This document shows, one piece after another, positions 17,343-25,463 of a DNA stretch of 25,730 nt. Below the pieces are notes generated by a model. The model was not told the DNA's origin, did no database searches, and worked only from the letters and a program-made list of their open reading frames with translations. The stretch spans positions 1 through 25,730 of the forward strand of contig CAWAXX010000015.1 in NCBI GenBank assembly GCA_963786105.1, in the 5' to 3' direction. How positions within the stretch are numbered: the stretch's first letter is position 1; each line of letters begins with the position of its first letter. Both the position numbers and the translations under genes were made by a program. The stretch is from Vulcanimicrobiota bacterium. Its GTDB lineage: Bacteria > Vulcanimicrobiota > Vulcanimicrobiia > Vulcanimicrobiales > Vulcanimicrobiaceae.

Positions 17343-17963
17343 GTGACCTTTACGCGATCTCAGCGCTTACTCGTCGTCGCCTTTGCGATCTCGCTGCTGT
17401 TGCATCTCATTTTTGCTTACCTCGCTCACCCGTGGCGCAACCAGCGGGAGAACGAGGTCGAGGTCGTGTCGATCCAGCATCGGCCGATGGTCATGACGCA
17501 GTTGCAAACGCCGCCTCCTCCGCCGAAGGCTACGCCGGCTCCCCATCCGCAGCCGTCGACCAGACCGGCACCGGTCAAAGCGCACGGTCCGCAACCCCAG
17601 GCCGGCGGCGCCGGCAGCGCGGCGACGAGCGCGCCGGCCGAGCGCCCCTCGCCCGTCCCCACGCTGGCCGCAAACGCGTGCGAGAAGTCCGATATCGGCG
17701 CGGCCGTCACCGAAAATCCACCTCAGCCCGATATTGCGAACGCGGCGCGGACGGAAGGTACGAGCGGGGTCGCGACCATCAACGTGCAGCTCGACGCGCA
17801 GGGTGCGGTAACCGGGGCAAACGTGGTGCAGAGCAGCGGCAACTCGTCGCTCGACGTGGTCGCTTTGGGGATGGCGCGCGACGCGCGCTATAGCCCAGCG
17901 CTGCATGCTTGCAAGGCGGTAGCGAGCGCGTATGCATTTCGCGTTCGATTTTTCGCATGGTAG
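17343..17963 (+). CDS. tonB: Second TonB family protein
   Basis: TM helix with 'SLLLH', a Pro-rich linker, and a CTD ('G.ATINVQLDAQGAV....VVQSSGNSSLDVVAL'). Confidence 0.87.
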   Translation: MTFTRSQRLLVVAFAISLLLHLIFAYLAHPWRNQRENEVEVVSIQHRPMVMTQLQTPPPPPKATPAPHPQPSTRPAPVKAHGPQPQAGGAGSAATSAPAERPSPVPTLAANACEKSDIGAAVTENPPQPDIANAARTEGTSGVATINVQLDAQGAVTGANVVQSSGNSSLDVVALGMARDARYSPALHACKAVASAYAFRVRFFAW

Positions 17964-18005
17964 ACCGCTGAAGGCGGCCCGCATCGAGTGGCGTAACGGT
18001 GCGCC

Positions 18006-18857
18006 GTGACGTTTTTTCAGGCGCTCGTGCTTGCGCTCTTACAGGGCATAAGCGAGCTATTTCCCATTTCGAGCCTGGGCCATACGATTTTGCTTCCGGC
18101 GCTGCTTCATTGGAAGAACGTCGATCGGTCCGCTCCGTCGTTTCTGAGCTTTGTCGTGGTGCTGCACCTCGGAACGGCGTTGGCGCTGATCGCGTTCTAC
18201 CGAACCGAATGGATTGCGATCGTACGCGCTCTCGTAAGCAGCATCGTGCGCGGGCGGCTAAGCGACGATCGTTCCGAGCGAATCGGCTGGTTGCTGGTGG
18301 TGGGAACGATTCCGGTCGGTATTCTCGGCGTGGCGCTCGAACATCCGGTACGCAGTCTGTTCGCCTCGCCGGCGGCCGCGGCGCTGTTCTTGTTCCTCAA
18401 CGGTCTGTTAATGTTCCTCGGAGAGCGTTTACGGCGCAAACGTCGCGAAAACGGCGGCCGGCGTCTCGAGGGATTGACGTACAAACAAAGCGTTCTGGTC
18501 GGCTTCGCCCAGTCGGCGGCATTGCTGCCGGGCATCTCACGTTCGGGAATATCGATGGTCGCAGGTTTGCTGTGCGGTCTCGATCACGAAGACGCCGCGC
18601 ATTATTCCTTCCTGCTCGCAACGCCGGTTATCTTAGCGGCGGCGCTGCTGGAAATGCCGAAGCTCTTCGCGCCCGATGCCCACGTCGTTTTGGTCCAAGC
18701 GATCGTCGGCGGAATCGCTGCCGGCATCGCGGCGTATTGTTCGGTCGCCTTCCTCACGCGGTATTTTCGCTCGAACGATCTGCGTCCGTTCGGCTGGTAT
18801 TGTGTCATCGTCGGCGCAGGTTGCTTCTTTCTGGCACGCACGGGAGTCATTTCATAA
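18006..18857 (+). CDS. uppP: Undecaprenyl-diphosphate phosphatase BacA/UppP
   Basis: Motifs 'LQGISELFPISSLGH', 'LHLGT' and 'LLPGISRSG'. Confidence 0.96.
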   Translation: MTFFQALVLALLQGISELFPISSLGHTILLPALLHWKNVDRSAPSFLSFVVVLHLGTALALIAFYRTEWIAIVRALVSSIVRGRLSDDRSERIGWLLVVGTIPVGILGVALEHPVRSLFASPAAAALFLFLNGLLMFLGERLRRKRRENGGRRLEGLTYKQSVLVGFAQSAALLPGISRSGISMVAGLLCGLDHEDAAHYSFLLATPVILAAALLEMPKLFAPDAHVVLVQAIVGGIAAGIAAYCSVAFLTRYFRSNDLRPFGWYCVIVGAGCFFLARTGVIS

Positions 18858-19052
18858 ATGAGAACCATCGCTTTCGCTCTGGCCGCAGTCTTTTTCGTGG
18901 TCGGCATCTTGTACGGCATGGGTACGATCAACTGGCTGACCGAATCCGGCGCGGGGCACCCGCACCACATCACGCATCTGATCGTGGCATGGTTCCTCGC
19001 CTTGCTCTGCCTGATCTGGGCTCGCTTCCAGGGCACTCCTTCACGTTATTAG
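18858..19052 (+). CDS. Small two-TM membrane protein (64 aa)
   Basis: ATG immediately after the uppP TAA. Two hydrophobic helices flank a 'GAGHPHHITH' loop. Confidence 0.7.
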   Translation: MRTIAFALAAVFFVVGILYGMGTINWLTESGAGHPHHITHLIVAWFLALLCLIWARFQGTPSRY

Positions 19053-19089
19053 GGGTTATAATGAGGAACCATCACAATCCGATAGCGAC

Positions 19090-19575
19090 GTGAAGAAACC
19101 CACGCACATTTCCGCGGACGGCGGCATCTCCATGGTGGACGTTTCGAGTAAAGGCGATTCGTCGCGTAGCGCGCGGGCCGAAGCGCTGGTGCGCATGAGC
19201 CAAGCGGCTCAGGGCGCTCTGCGAGCGGCAACCTTGCCCAAAGGCGACGCGTTCGTCGCGGCACAGCTGGCCGGCATCATGGCTGCGAAGCAGACGGCCG
19301 CGCTGATACCGCTGGCGCATCCGCTGCCGCTGGCGAGCGTCGAGGTGCGCTTCGAGTGGACCGCCGATGGCGCGTTGCGGGTCGAGGCGCAGGCGCGCAC
19401 GGTCGCACCGACCGGCGTCGAGATGGAAGCGATGGTCGCCGCTTCGATAGCTGCGCTCACGATCTACGATATGGCCAAAGCGCTCGATAAGGGTATCAGC
19501 ATCGAGTCGGTGCGGCTCCTGGAAAAGAGCGGCGGAAAGAGCGGTCACTGGTCGCGTGGCGGCGGCGATGTTTAG
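19090..19575 (+). CDS. moaC: Cyclic pyranopterin monophosphate synthase MoaC
   Basis: Motifs 'MVDVSSK', 'KGD', 'GIMAAK.T..LIPLAHP', 'TGVEMEA', 'LTIYDMAKA' and 'KSGGKSG'. Confidence 0.96.
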   Translation: MKKPTHISADGGISMVDVSSKGDSSRSARAEALVRMSQAAQGALRAATLPKGDAFVAAQLAGIMAAKQTAALIPLAHPLPLASVEVRFEWTADGALRVEAQARTVAPTGVEMEAMVAASIAALTIYDMAKALDKGISIESVRLLEKSGGKSGHWSRGGGDV

Positions 19576-20047
19576 AGCGGCGCTGATCGTGTTGTCGGAT
19601 CGCGTCGCGCGCGGCGAGCGCACCGACGGTTGCATTCCAATCATGAAGGAGAAGCTCGGGAGCGTCTACGCAGTGGTTCGCGAGACGATTCTACCGGACG
19701 ATTCGAGCGCGCTCCAGGCGGAGTTGATCGATCTCGCCGACGCCCATGGCGCGGACGTGATTCTCACCAGCGGCGGAACGGGCTTGGCTGCGCGCGACCG
19801 GACGCCCCAAGCGACGGCCGCGATCCTGGACTACGAAGTGCCCGGCATCGCTGAGGCGATCCGCGCAGCTTCGATCGCGATCGTGAAAACGGCGATGCTG
19901 TCGCGTGCGCTCGCGGGCGTTCGCCATCGCACCCTGATCGTGAACCTGCCGGGAAGCCCGAAAGCCGTGAGCGAGGCGCTCGACGTGATACTTCCGGTGC
20001 TACCACACGCGCTCGAGCTCTTGAACGACAGGGTCGTCGACGGATGA
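19568..20047 (+). CDS. mog: MogA/MoaB family molybdopterin adenylyltransferase
   Basis: Motifs 'SDR..RGER.D', 'LTSGGTG...RDRTP' and 'NLPGSPKAV'. Confidence 0.9.
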   Translation: MFRAALIVLSDRVARGERTDGCIPIMKEKLGSVYAVVRETILPDDSSALQAELIDLADAHGADVILTSGGTGLAARDRTPQATAAILDYEVPGIAEAIRAASIAIVKTAMLSRALAGVRHRTLIVNLPGSPKAVSEALDVILPVLPHALELLNDRVVDG

Positions 20048-21393
20048 GCGCAAGCCCGTCGTTCGAACGAGCCGAAACCTATCTGCTCGGCACGATCGAC
20101 GAGACGCTTTCGCGTAAGACGTCGTACAAGCTCGACCGGATGCGCGCATTCTTGCGCGAACTCGGCGATCCTCATCGGGCCTATCCAACCATCCACATCG
20201 GCGGAACGAGCGGAAAAGGCTCGACGTGTACGATGATTGCCGGCGCGCTGCAGGCCGGCGGCAAACGCACCGGATTGCACACCAAGCCACATCTGCACAG
20301 TATGACCGAGCGCGCGCGCATCGACGGCATTCCGGTGGCTCCGGAGCGCTTTGCGGCCCTGCTCGAACGCATGATGCCGGCGATCGAGGCAATAGCGGGC
20401 GAGTTCGGCCGGCCGACCTACTACGAAACCCTGCTGGCGTTGGCATTCACGCATTTCGAGGTCGAGCGCGTCGACGTGGCCGTCATCGAAGTCGGGCTTG
20501 GCGGGCGGCTCGACGGTACCAATCTGTTGCAGCCCGAAGTCACCGCCATCACGTCGATCGGTTACGACCACACCGAGGTACTCGGCGACACCTTGGAATC
20601 GATTGCGCGCGAGAAGGCCGGCATCGCTCGAGCCGGCGTACCATTCGTGGTTGCGGTCGCGGCGTCGAACGCGCTCCGAACGTTGTCCGAATGCGCGGCG
20701 TTAGCTGGAGCCCCGATGGTGCGCGTTGGCGACGTGGTTTCCATCGAACCGGCAAAGCATGCTCGGCCGTACGCGCAGTCGTTTACGGCAACGACGGCGG
20801 GGGCGCGTTACGCGATCGACCTTCCCGTCGTCGGGCTCTTCCAAGTTGCGAATGCGGCAACCGCGATTGCCGTGCTCGAACTCCTGCGTCCATCCCTACG
20901 GCCGGATCCGCGCGACGTGGAGCGTGGTCTCGCGAGCGTCGCGATTCCCGGACGGATGGAAGTCTTCGCGGGCGCGCCCACCTGCATACTCGACATCGCC
21001 CACAACGCCGAAAAAGCGCAGTCTCTCGTCGCATCGCTACGCGACGCGTTTCCGGACCGCCGCGTCCATTACGTGGTCGCGATCGGCGAGAGCAAGGATG
21101 CCAAACAGATTTTGTCGACGCTTGCGACCGTGCCGTCGACGTTCACGTTCACGTCGTTTGCTATTCCCGGACGCCGCGCAATCGACCCGAAGCATCTCGT
21201 CGCCATCGCCGAATCCGCCGGAATTCGCTCGCAAGCGGTTGGCGCTCCGATGGAAGCGTTCGCCCTCGCTTGCGACACCGCCCGCGCCAACGATCTCGTT
21301 GTCGCGACGGGTTCGACATTCGTAGTTGCGGCGTTGCGCGAAAATTTGCTGAACCGAGAGCTTCTCGATGCGGCCGAATCCAGCGCGGTCTGA
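20044..21393 (+). CDS. folC: Folylpolyglutamate synthase/dihydrofolate synthase
   Basis: Motifs 'HIGGTSGKGST', 'EVGLGGRLDGTN', 'ITSIGYDH', 'PGRME' and 'LDIAHN'. Confidence 0.95.
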   Translation: MSASPSFERAETYLLGTIDETLSRKTSYKLDRMRAFLRELGDPHRAYPTIHIGGTSGKGSTCTMIAGALQAGGKRTGLHTKPHLHSMTERARIDGIPVAPERFAALLERMMPAIEAIAGEFGRPTYYETLLALAFTHFEVERVDVAVIEVGLGGRLDGTNLLQPEVTAITSIGYDHTEVLGDTLESIAREKAGIARAGVPFVVAVAASNALRTLSECAALAGAPMVRVGDVVSIEPAKHARPYAQSFTATTAGARYAIDLPVVGLFQVANAATAIAVLELLRPSLRPDPRDVERGLASVAIPGRMEVFAGAPTCILDIAHNAEKAQSLVASLRDAFPDRRVHYVVAIGESKDAKQILSTLATVPSTFTFTSFAIPGRRAIDPKHLVAIAESAGIRSQAVGAPMEAFALACDTARANDLVVATGSTFVVAALRENLLNRELLDAAESSAV

Positions 21394-22234
21394 TCGCGGC
21401 GCGTTGTCGCTGCGAGATGTAGCGCTGCCGTGGGGGGCGCGCACCTACGTGATGGGCATCGTCAACGTTAGTCCCGATTCGTTTTCGGGCGACGGCGTCG
21501 ACGATTCCGAGGCGGCGACGGCGCACGCACTGGGGCAATGGGCGGCGGGTGCCGACATTCTCGACGTCGGCGGTGAATCGACGCGGCCGGGCCACCGCCC
21601 AGTCGATTCGGCGCTCGAAATGTCGCGCGTGCTTCCGGTGATTCGTGCGGTTCGCGAGCGGCTGCCGCACGCGCCGATCTCCGTCGACACGTACAAACCC
21701 GACGTCGCGCGAGCGGCGCGCGCGGTCGGAGCCGACGTGGTGAACTCCGTTTGGGGAGCGTCCGACGAGCTGCTCGATACGGTAGCGGAACTCGGAATGC
21801 CGATCGTCGCGACGCACAATCAACACGGCGCCGACTATTCGAGTCGAGGCGTCGTCGACGCCATGCTGGCGTTTTTGGACGACTGCGCGACGCGCGCCGT
21901 TTTGCGAGGCATCGCTCGCGAAAGCATCGTGCTCGATCCCGGAATCGGTTTCGGAAAGACCGCCGATCAGAATATCCTGGTGTTGCGCGCTCTGGGACGC
22001 GTGGCGGCGCTCGGCTTTCCCACCCTACTAGGGACCTCCCGCAAGAACACGATTGGGAAGTTGACGGGACGCGAGCCGGGCGAGCGCGTCTTCGGCAGCG
22101 TCGCAGCCGTGGCGCTCGCGGTCAACGCCGGAATCGACGTCGTGCGCGCGCACGACGTGGCGGCGGCCCGCGATGCCGTCGCCATTTCCGACGCGATCGT
22201 TCGCGACTGGAGACCAGACTCGTGGACCGGATAA
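21368..22234 (+). CDS. folP: Dihydropteroate synthase
   Basis: Motifs 'MGIVNVSPDSFSGDG', 'DVGGESTRPG', 'DPGIGFGK', 'GTSRK' and 'RAHDV'. Confidence 0.96.
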   Translation: MRPNPARSDRGALSLRDVALPWGARTYVMGIVNVSPDSFSGDGVDDSEAATAHALGQWAAGADILDVGGESTRPGHRPVDSALEMSRVLPVIRAVRERLPHAPISVDTYKPDVARAARAVGADVVNSVWGASDELLDTVAELGMPIVATHNQHGADYSSRGVVDAMLAFLDDCATRAVLRGIARESIVLDPGIGFGKTADQNILVLRALGRVAALGFPTLLGTSRKNTIGKLTGREPGERVFGSVAAVALAVNAGIDVVRAHDVAAARDAVAISDAIVRDWRPDSWTG

Positions 22235-22587
22235 GGCTTTCGGGCATCCGCGCGTTAGGCCGGCACGGCGTCGCCGCCGACGAACGCGCCCGGACGCAGG
22301 CGTTCGACGTCGATGTCGTCGTGGATATCGATCTCACCGCTGCCTGTCGCAGTGACGACGTCGCCGATACGCTTGACTACGCTCGGTTGCACGATCGGCT
22401 CGTCGCCGTCGTGACCGGCACTTCGCACGCGCTGCTCGAGAGGCTCGCAAGCGAACTCCTCGACGTCGTTTTCGACGATCTTCGCGTTCGTCGCGCAGAG
22501 GTGACCGTCGCTAAACCGAAAGTCCTCGACGGAGCGACCCCGTCGGTGACCCTCGTTCGCGCCAATCCTCACCGCGCTCCGGCGTGA
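22222..22587 (+). CDS. folB: Dihydroneopterin aldolase
   Basis: GTG start after GGAG. Sequence 'DRIRLSGIRALGRHGV..ER...Q.F.VDV..SDDVADTLDY..LLERLA..KP'. Confidence 0.93.
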   Translation: MDRIRLSGIRALGRHGVAADERARTQAFDVDVVVDIDLTAACRSDDVADTLDYARLHDRLVAVVTGTSHALLERLASELLDVVFDDLRVRRAEVTVAKPKVLDGATPSVTLVRANPHRAPA

Positions 22588-23060
22588 CCGCACATCGCGC
22601 ATACGTCGGCATCGGCGCGAACGCCGGTGACCCCACGTCGAACGTCGAGCGTGCGTTCGGTGCGCTCGCCGAGCTTGGGATCGTCGCGCGCCGGTCGTCG
22701 CTTTATCGCACCCAGCCGTGGGGGAAGCCGGACCAGCCGCCCTTCGTCAACGCGGTGGCCCTGCTCGAAACCACGTACGAACCGCAGGCGCTGCTTGCGG
22801 CATTCAAGCGGATCGAGGTGCGCCTGGGACGCCGCGCGGGCGAGCGATGGGGACCAAGAGCGATCGATCTCGACCTGCTGACCTATGACGACCTCACCCT
22901 CGACGACCATGGGCTGCGGGTTCCGCATCCGCTCATGCGCGAGCGCGCGTTCGTTCTCGTTCCGCTCGCCGAGATCGACGCGGTCTACGAATCGCTGCGC
23001 GACGCGCTGCCGGCTTGCGCGTTGCAAAGCGTCGAGCGCCTGGCCGGCCCAGCCTCCTAG
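22584..23060 (+). CDS. folK: 2-amino-4-hydroxy-6-hydroxymethyldihydropteridine diphosphokinase
   Basis: Motifs 'YVGIGANAGD', 'QPPFVNAV', 'RWGPRAIDLDLL' and 'PHPLMRERAFVLVPLAEI'. Confidence 0.96.
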   Translation: MTAHRAYVGIGANAGDPTSNVERAFGALAELGIVARRSSLYRTQPWGKPDQPPFVNAVALLETTYEPQALLAAFKRIEVRLGRRAGERWGPRAIDLDLLTYDDLTLDDHGLRVPHPLMRERAFVLVPLAEIDAVYESLRDALPACALQSVERLAGPAS

Positions 23061-23094
23061 GTCCGGTCGCGAAGCCTGCGGAAGCGTAGCGCTC

Positions 23095-23508
23095 ATGCTT
23101 CCAAGGGGCCTCCATCCCGGCGACCGCATCCGCCGCCTCGCCGAGTTCTTGGCGCAGTCGGACGCGCTGCGCGTTCGGATCGAGCAGCCGGGAGTGGAGA
23201 TCGAAGTGAGGCGCCGCGCGCCCGGCGTTCCGCTGCCGGCCGGCAACTCCGAGGGAAACCCCGCCGAGGCCGCTGCGCTGCGCGTCGAAGCAATAAGAGC
23301 GGATCTCGTCGGGATCTTCCACCTCAGCCGTCCCGCGCCGATCGAAGGTGAGCTTCTCGAAGAGGATCGGGAACTCGCATTTATCGAGGCCCTCGGCATT
23401 CGTACGCCGGTGCGCAGTCTCGGCGCAGGACGCATCCTCGCGATCGCGTCGCCAGACGGCGCGCCGGTGGAGTACGGGCAACCGCTATTTCTTTTGGACA
23501 GAGGTTAG
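23095..23508 (+). CDS. Biotin carboxyl carrier protein (AccB)-like protein lacking the biotinylation lysine
   Basis: AccB layout: N-terminal 'IRRLAEFL..SD..RVRIEQ..EIEVRR', Ala/Pro linker, 'IRADLVGIFH', 'FIEALG' at the IEAMK position, and C-terminal 'VEYGQPLF'. Directly upstream of accC. Confidence 0.85.
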   Translation: MLPRGLHPGDRIRRLAEFLAQSDALRVRIEQPGVEIEVRRRAPGVPLPAGNSEGNPAEAAALRVEAIRADLVGIFHLSRPAPIEGELLEEDRELAFIEALGIRTPVRSLGAGRILAIASPDGAPVEYGQPLFLLDRG

Positions 23509-23681
23509 TGTCCCGTTTCGGAGGTTCGATGGATACAGCCAGCCCTTGGGGTCGCGGTGCCGGAGGCGCAGCGTCTTGGTTGCTCGTCAGTCACAGAGGG
23601 ATAACGATGCTCCTTCCTCGCGCCTCGCCGATGCGGTCCGGCGCTCGCGACTTTATGCACCGAAGCTCCGAGACGGGACAC
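23508..23681. mobile_element. MITE-like palindromic element (174 bp) with TA duplication
   Basis: 31-bp terminal inverted repeats (26/31 match) GTGTCCCGT...ACGGGACAC, flanked by TA at 23506-07 and 23682-83. Inner stem gtcgcggtgccgga/tccggcgctcgcgac. Shares gttgctcgtc and tcctcgcgcctcgccg with 16313-16492. Confidence 0.8.
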
Positions 23682-23688
23682 TAGCGCA

Positions 23689-25036
23689 ATCTTTCGCAAA
23701 GTCTTGATCGCCAACCGCGGCGAGATCGCGCTGCGCATCAATCGCGCCTGCCAGGAACTCGGCGTTCGCACGGTCGCCGTATTCTCCGAGGCCGACCGTG
23801 AATCGCTGCACGTCAGGCAAGCTGACGAAGCCTTCTGCGTCGGGCCCGGGCCGGTGCCTCGCTCGTATCTCAACATTCCGAACATCATTTCTACGGCGCT
23901 GATCACTCAATGCGACGCCATCCATCCCGGTTACGGATTTCTCGCCGAGAACGCGCGGTTCGCCGAGATTTGCGCCGATCACGGTCTGGTCTTCATCGGT
24001 CCGCGTCCGGGCGTCATTGCCGCAATGGGTGATAAGGCGACGGCCAAACGCGTCATGCACGAAGCCGGGGTGGCGACGATTCCGGGTACCGACATCCTGC
24101 CGGCGGTCGCCGATGCCGAAAAGGCCGCCGGCCTACTGGGGTATCCGGTGCTGCTCAAGGCAACCGCCGGCGGGGGCGGAAAGGGCATGCGCGTCGTCGA
24201 GCGTGTGGAAGACATCGAGCGTGCCTTTGCCAGCGCAACCGCCGAGTCCGAGGCGAGTTTCAAAGACGGGCGCCTCTACATGGAAAAATTGATTTCAAAC
24301 CCGCGTCACGTCGAAGTGCAGGTCCTGGCCGACGATTTCGGTAGCGTCGTGCATCTCGGGGAGCGTGACTGTTCGGCTCAAAAACCGTCCCACCAGAAAC
24401 TGATCGAAGAGTCGCCCGCACCGAACCTGTCGGCGCGAGCGCGTTCGGCTCTGCACGATATGGCGGTGCGAGCCTGCCAACGAGTCGGTTATACCAACGC
24501 CGGTACGCTTGAAATTCCTGACCACCGGCAACGACGCGTTTTTCATGGAGATGAACACGCGGATCCAAGTCGAGCATCCAGTTACCGAGATGGTCTACGG
24601 CATCGACCTGGTTAAAGAACAGATTCGCATCGCCGCCGGCGAGCCGCTCGGGTACGCCCAGCGCGACCTGGTAGCGCGCGGACACGCGATCGAGTGCCGA
24701 ATTAATGCCGAAGATCCGCGCAACAACTTTGCGCCGCAAGCCGGTACCGTTACGAACGTCGTATTTCCGGGGGGGCCGGGCATTCGGGTCGATACGCACC
24801 TCTATTCGGGCGCCGTGATCCCGCCGTATTACGATTCGCTGCTTGCCAAGGCCGTGGCGTACGGCGACACGCGCGAGGCGGCCGTTGCCCGCATGGAGCG
24901 GGCACTGCGCGAAACCGTCATCGAAGGAGTTCCGACGACGATCGGCCTCTGTTTGGAAGTGCTGGCGTCGCGCGAGTTTCGCGCGGGCCGGTACGACATC
25001 GGATTTCTTCCGGCCATGCTCGGTTCGGTGGTGTAG
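23689..25036 (+). CDS. accC: Acetyl-CoA carboxylase biotin carboxylase subunit, with an apparent +1 frameshift at ~24512-24514
   Basis: First frame: 'FRKVLIANRGEIA', 'HPGYGFLAEN', 'GGGGKGMR', 'ERDCS.Q'. Second frame: 'FL..FFMEMNTRIQVEHPVTE', 'IECRINAED', 'YYDSLLAK'. The span is 1348 nt (3n+1). Confidence 0.93.
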
Positions 25037-25046
25037 GATTGGTTGC

Positions 25047-25463
25047 GTGACGAATCGGCGGCTCGGTCGCGAGCAGGCACTGCAAGCGCTGTATTCCATG
25101 CACGTCGGCCGCCGCGAGGCGGACGACGTCCTGTCCGACGTGATTGGCGACAATGCCGACGCGCAGCATCGCACGTTCGTCAGGGAACTCGTCTTGGGAA
25201 CGCTCGACTATCGTCAGGAGGCCGATCGGATCGTGAGTCCGCTGCTGGAGGGATGGGCACTCGAACGACTGCCGACGATCGATCGTTTGTTGTTAGAGAT
25301 GGGCACCTACGAACTGCGCCGATGCGGAGGCACGCCGGCCGCGGTGGCAATCAACGAGGCGGTCGAACTGGCCAAGCGTTTCTCGACCGAAGATTCCGGG
25401 CGTTTCGTTAACGGCGTGCTTAGCGCGGTGGCCAAGGCCGGGAAAGCGGCGGGCGATGCCTAA
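25047..25463 (+). CDS. nusB: Transcription antitermination factor NusB
   Basis: Motifs 'RRLGREQALQALY', 'W.LERL..IDR.LL..G.YEL', 'INEAVELAKRF' and 'FVNGVL'. Confidence 0.95.
   Translation: MTNRRLGREQALQALYSMHVGRREADDVLSDVIGDNADAQHRTFVRELVLGTLDYRQEADRIVSPLLEGWALERLPTIDRLLLEMGTYELRRCGGTPAAVAINEAVELAKRFSTEDSGRFVNGVLSAVAKAGKAAGDA

Noticed and set aside
23508..23681. 6S RNA (similar size and rod-like fold)
   Set aside because: The TA duplication, insertion at a stop codon and a core shared with 16313-16492 fit a repeat family better. I could not run an Rfam search to exclude it fully.
24500..24530. Programmed ribosomal frameshift in accC or rsmA
   Set aside because: No clear slippery heptamer, and neither family is known to use recoding. 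A single-base error is the simpler explanation.
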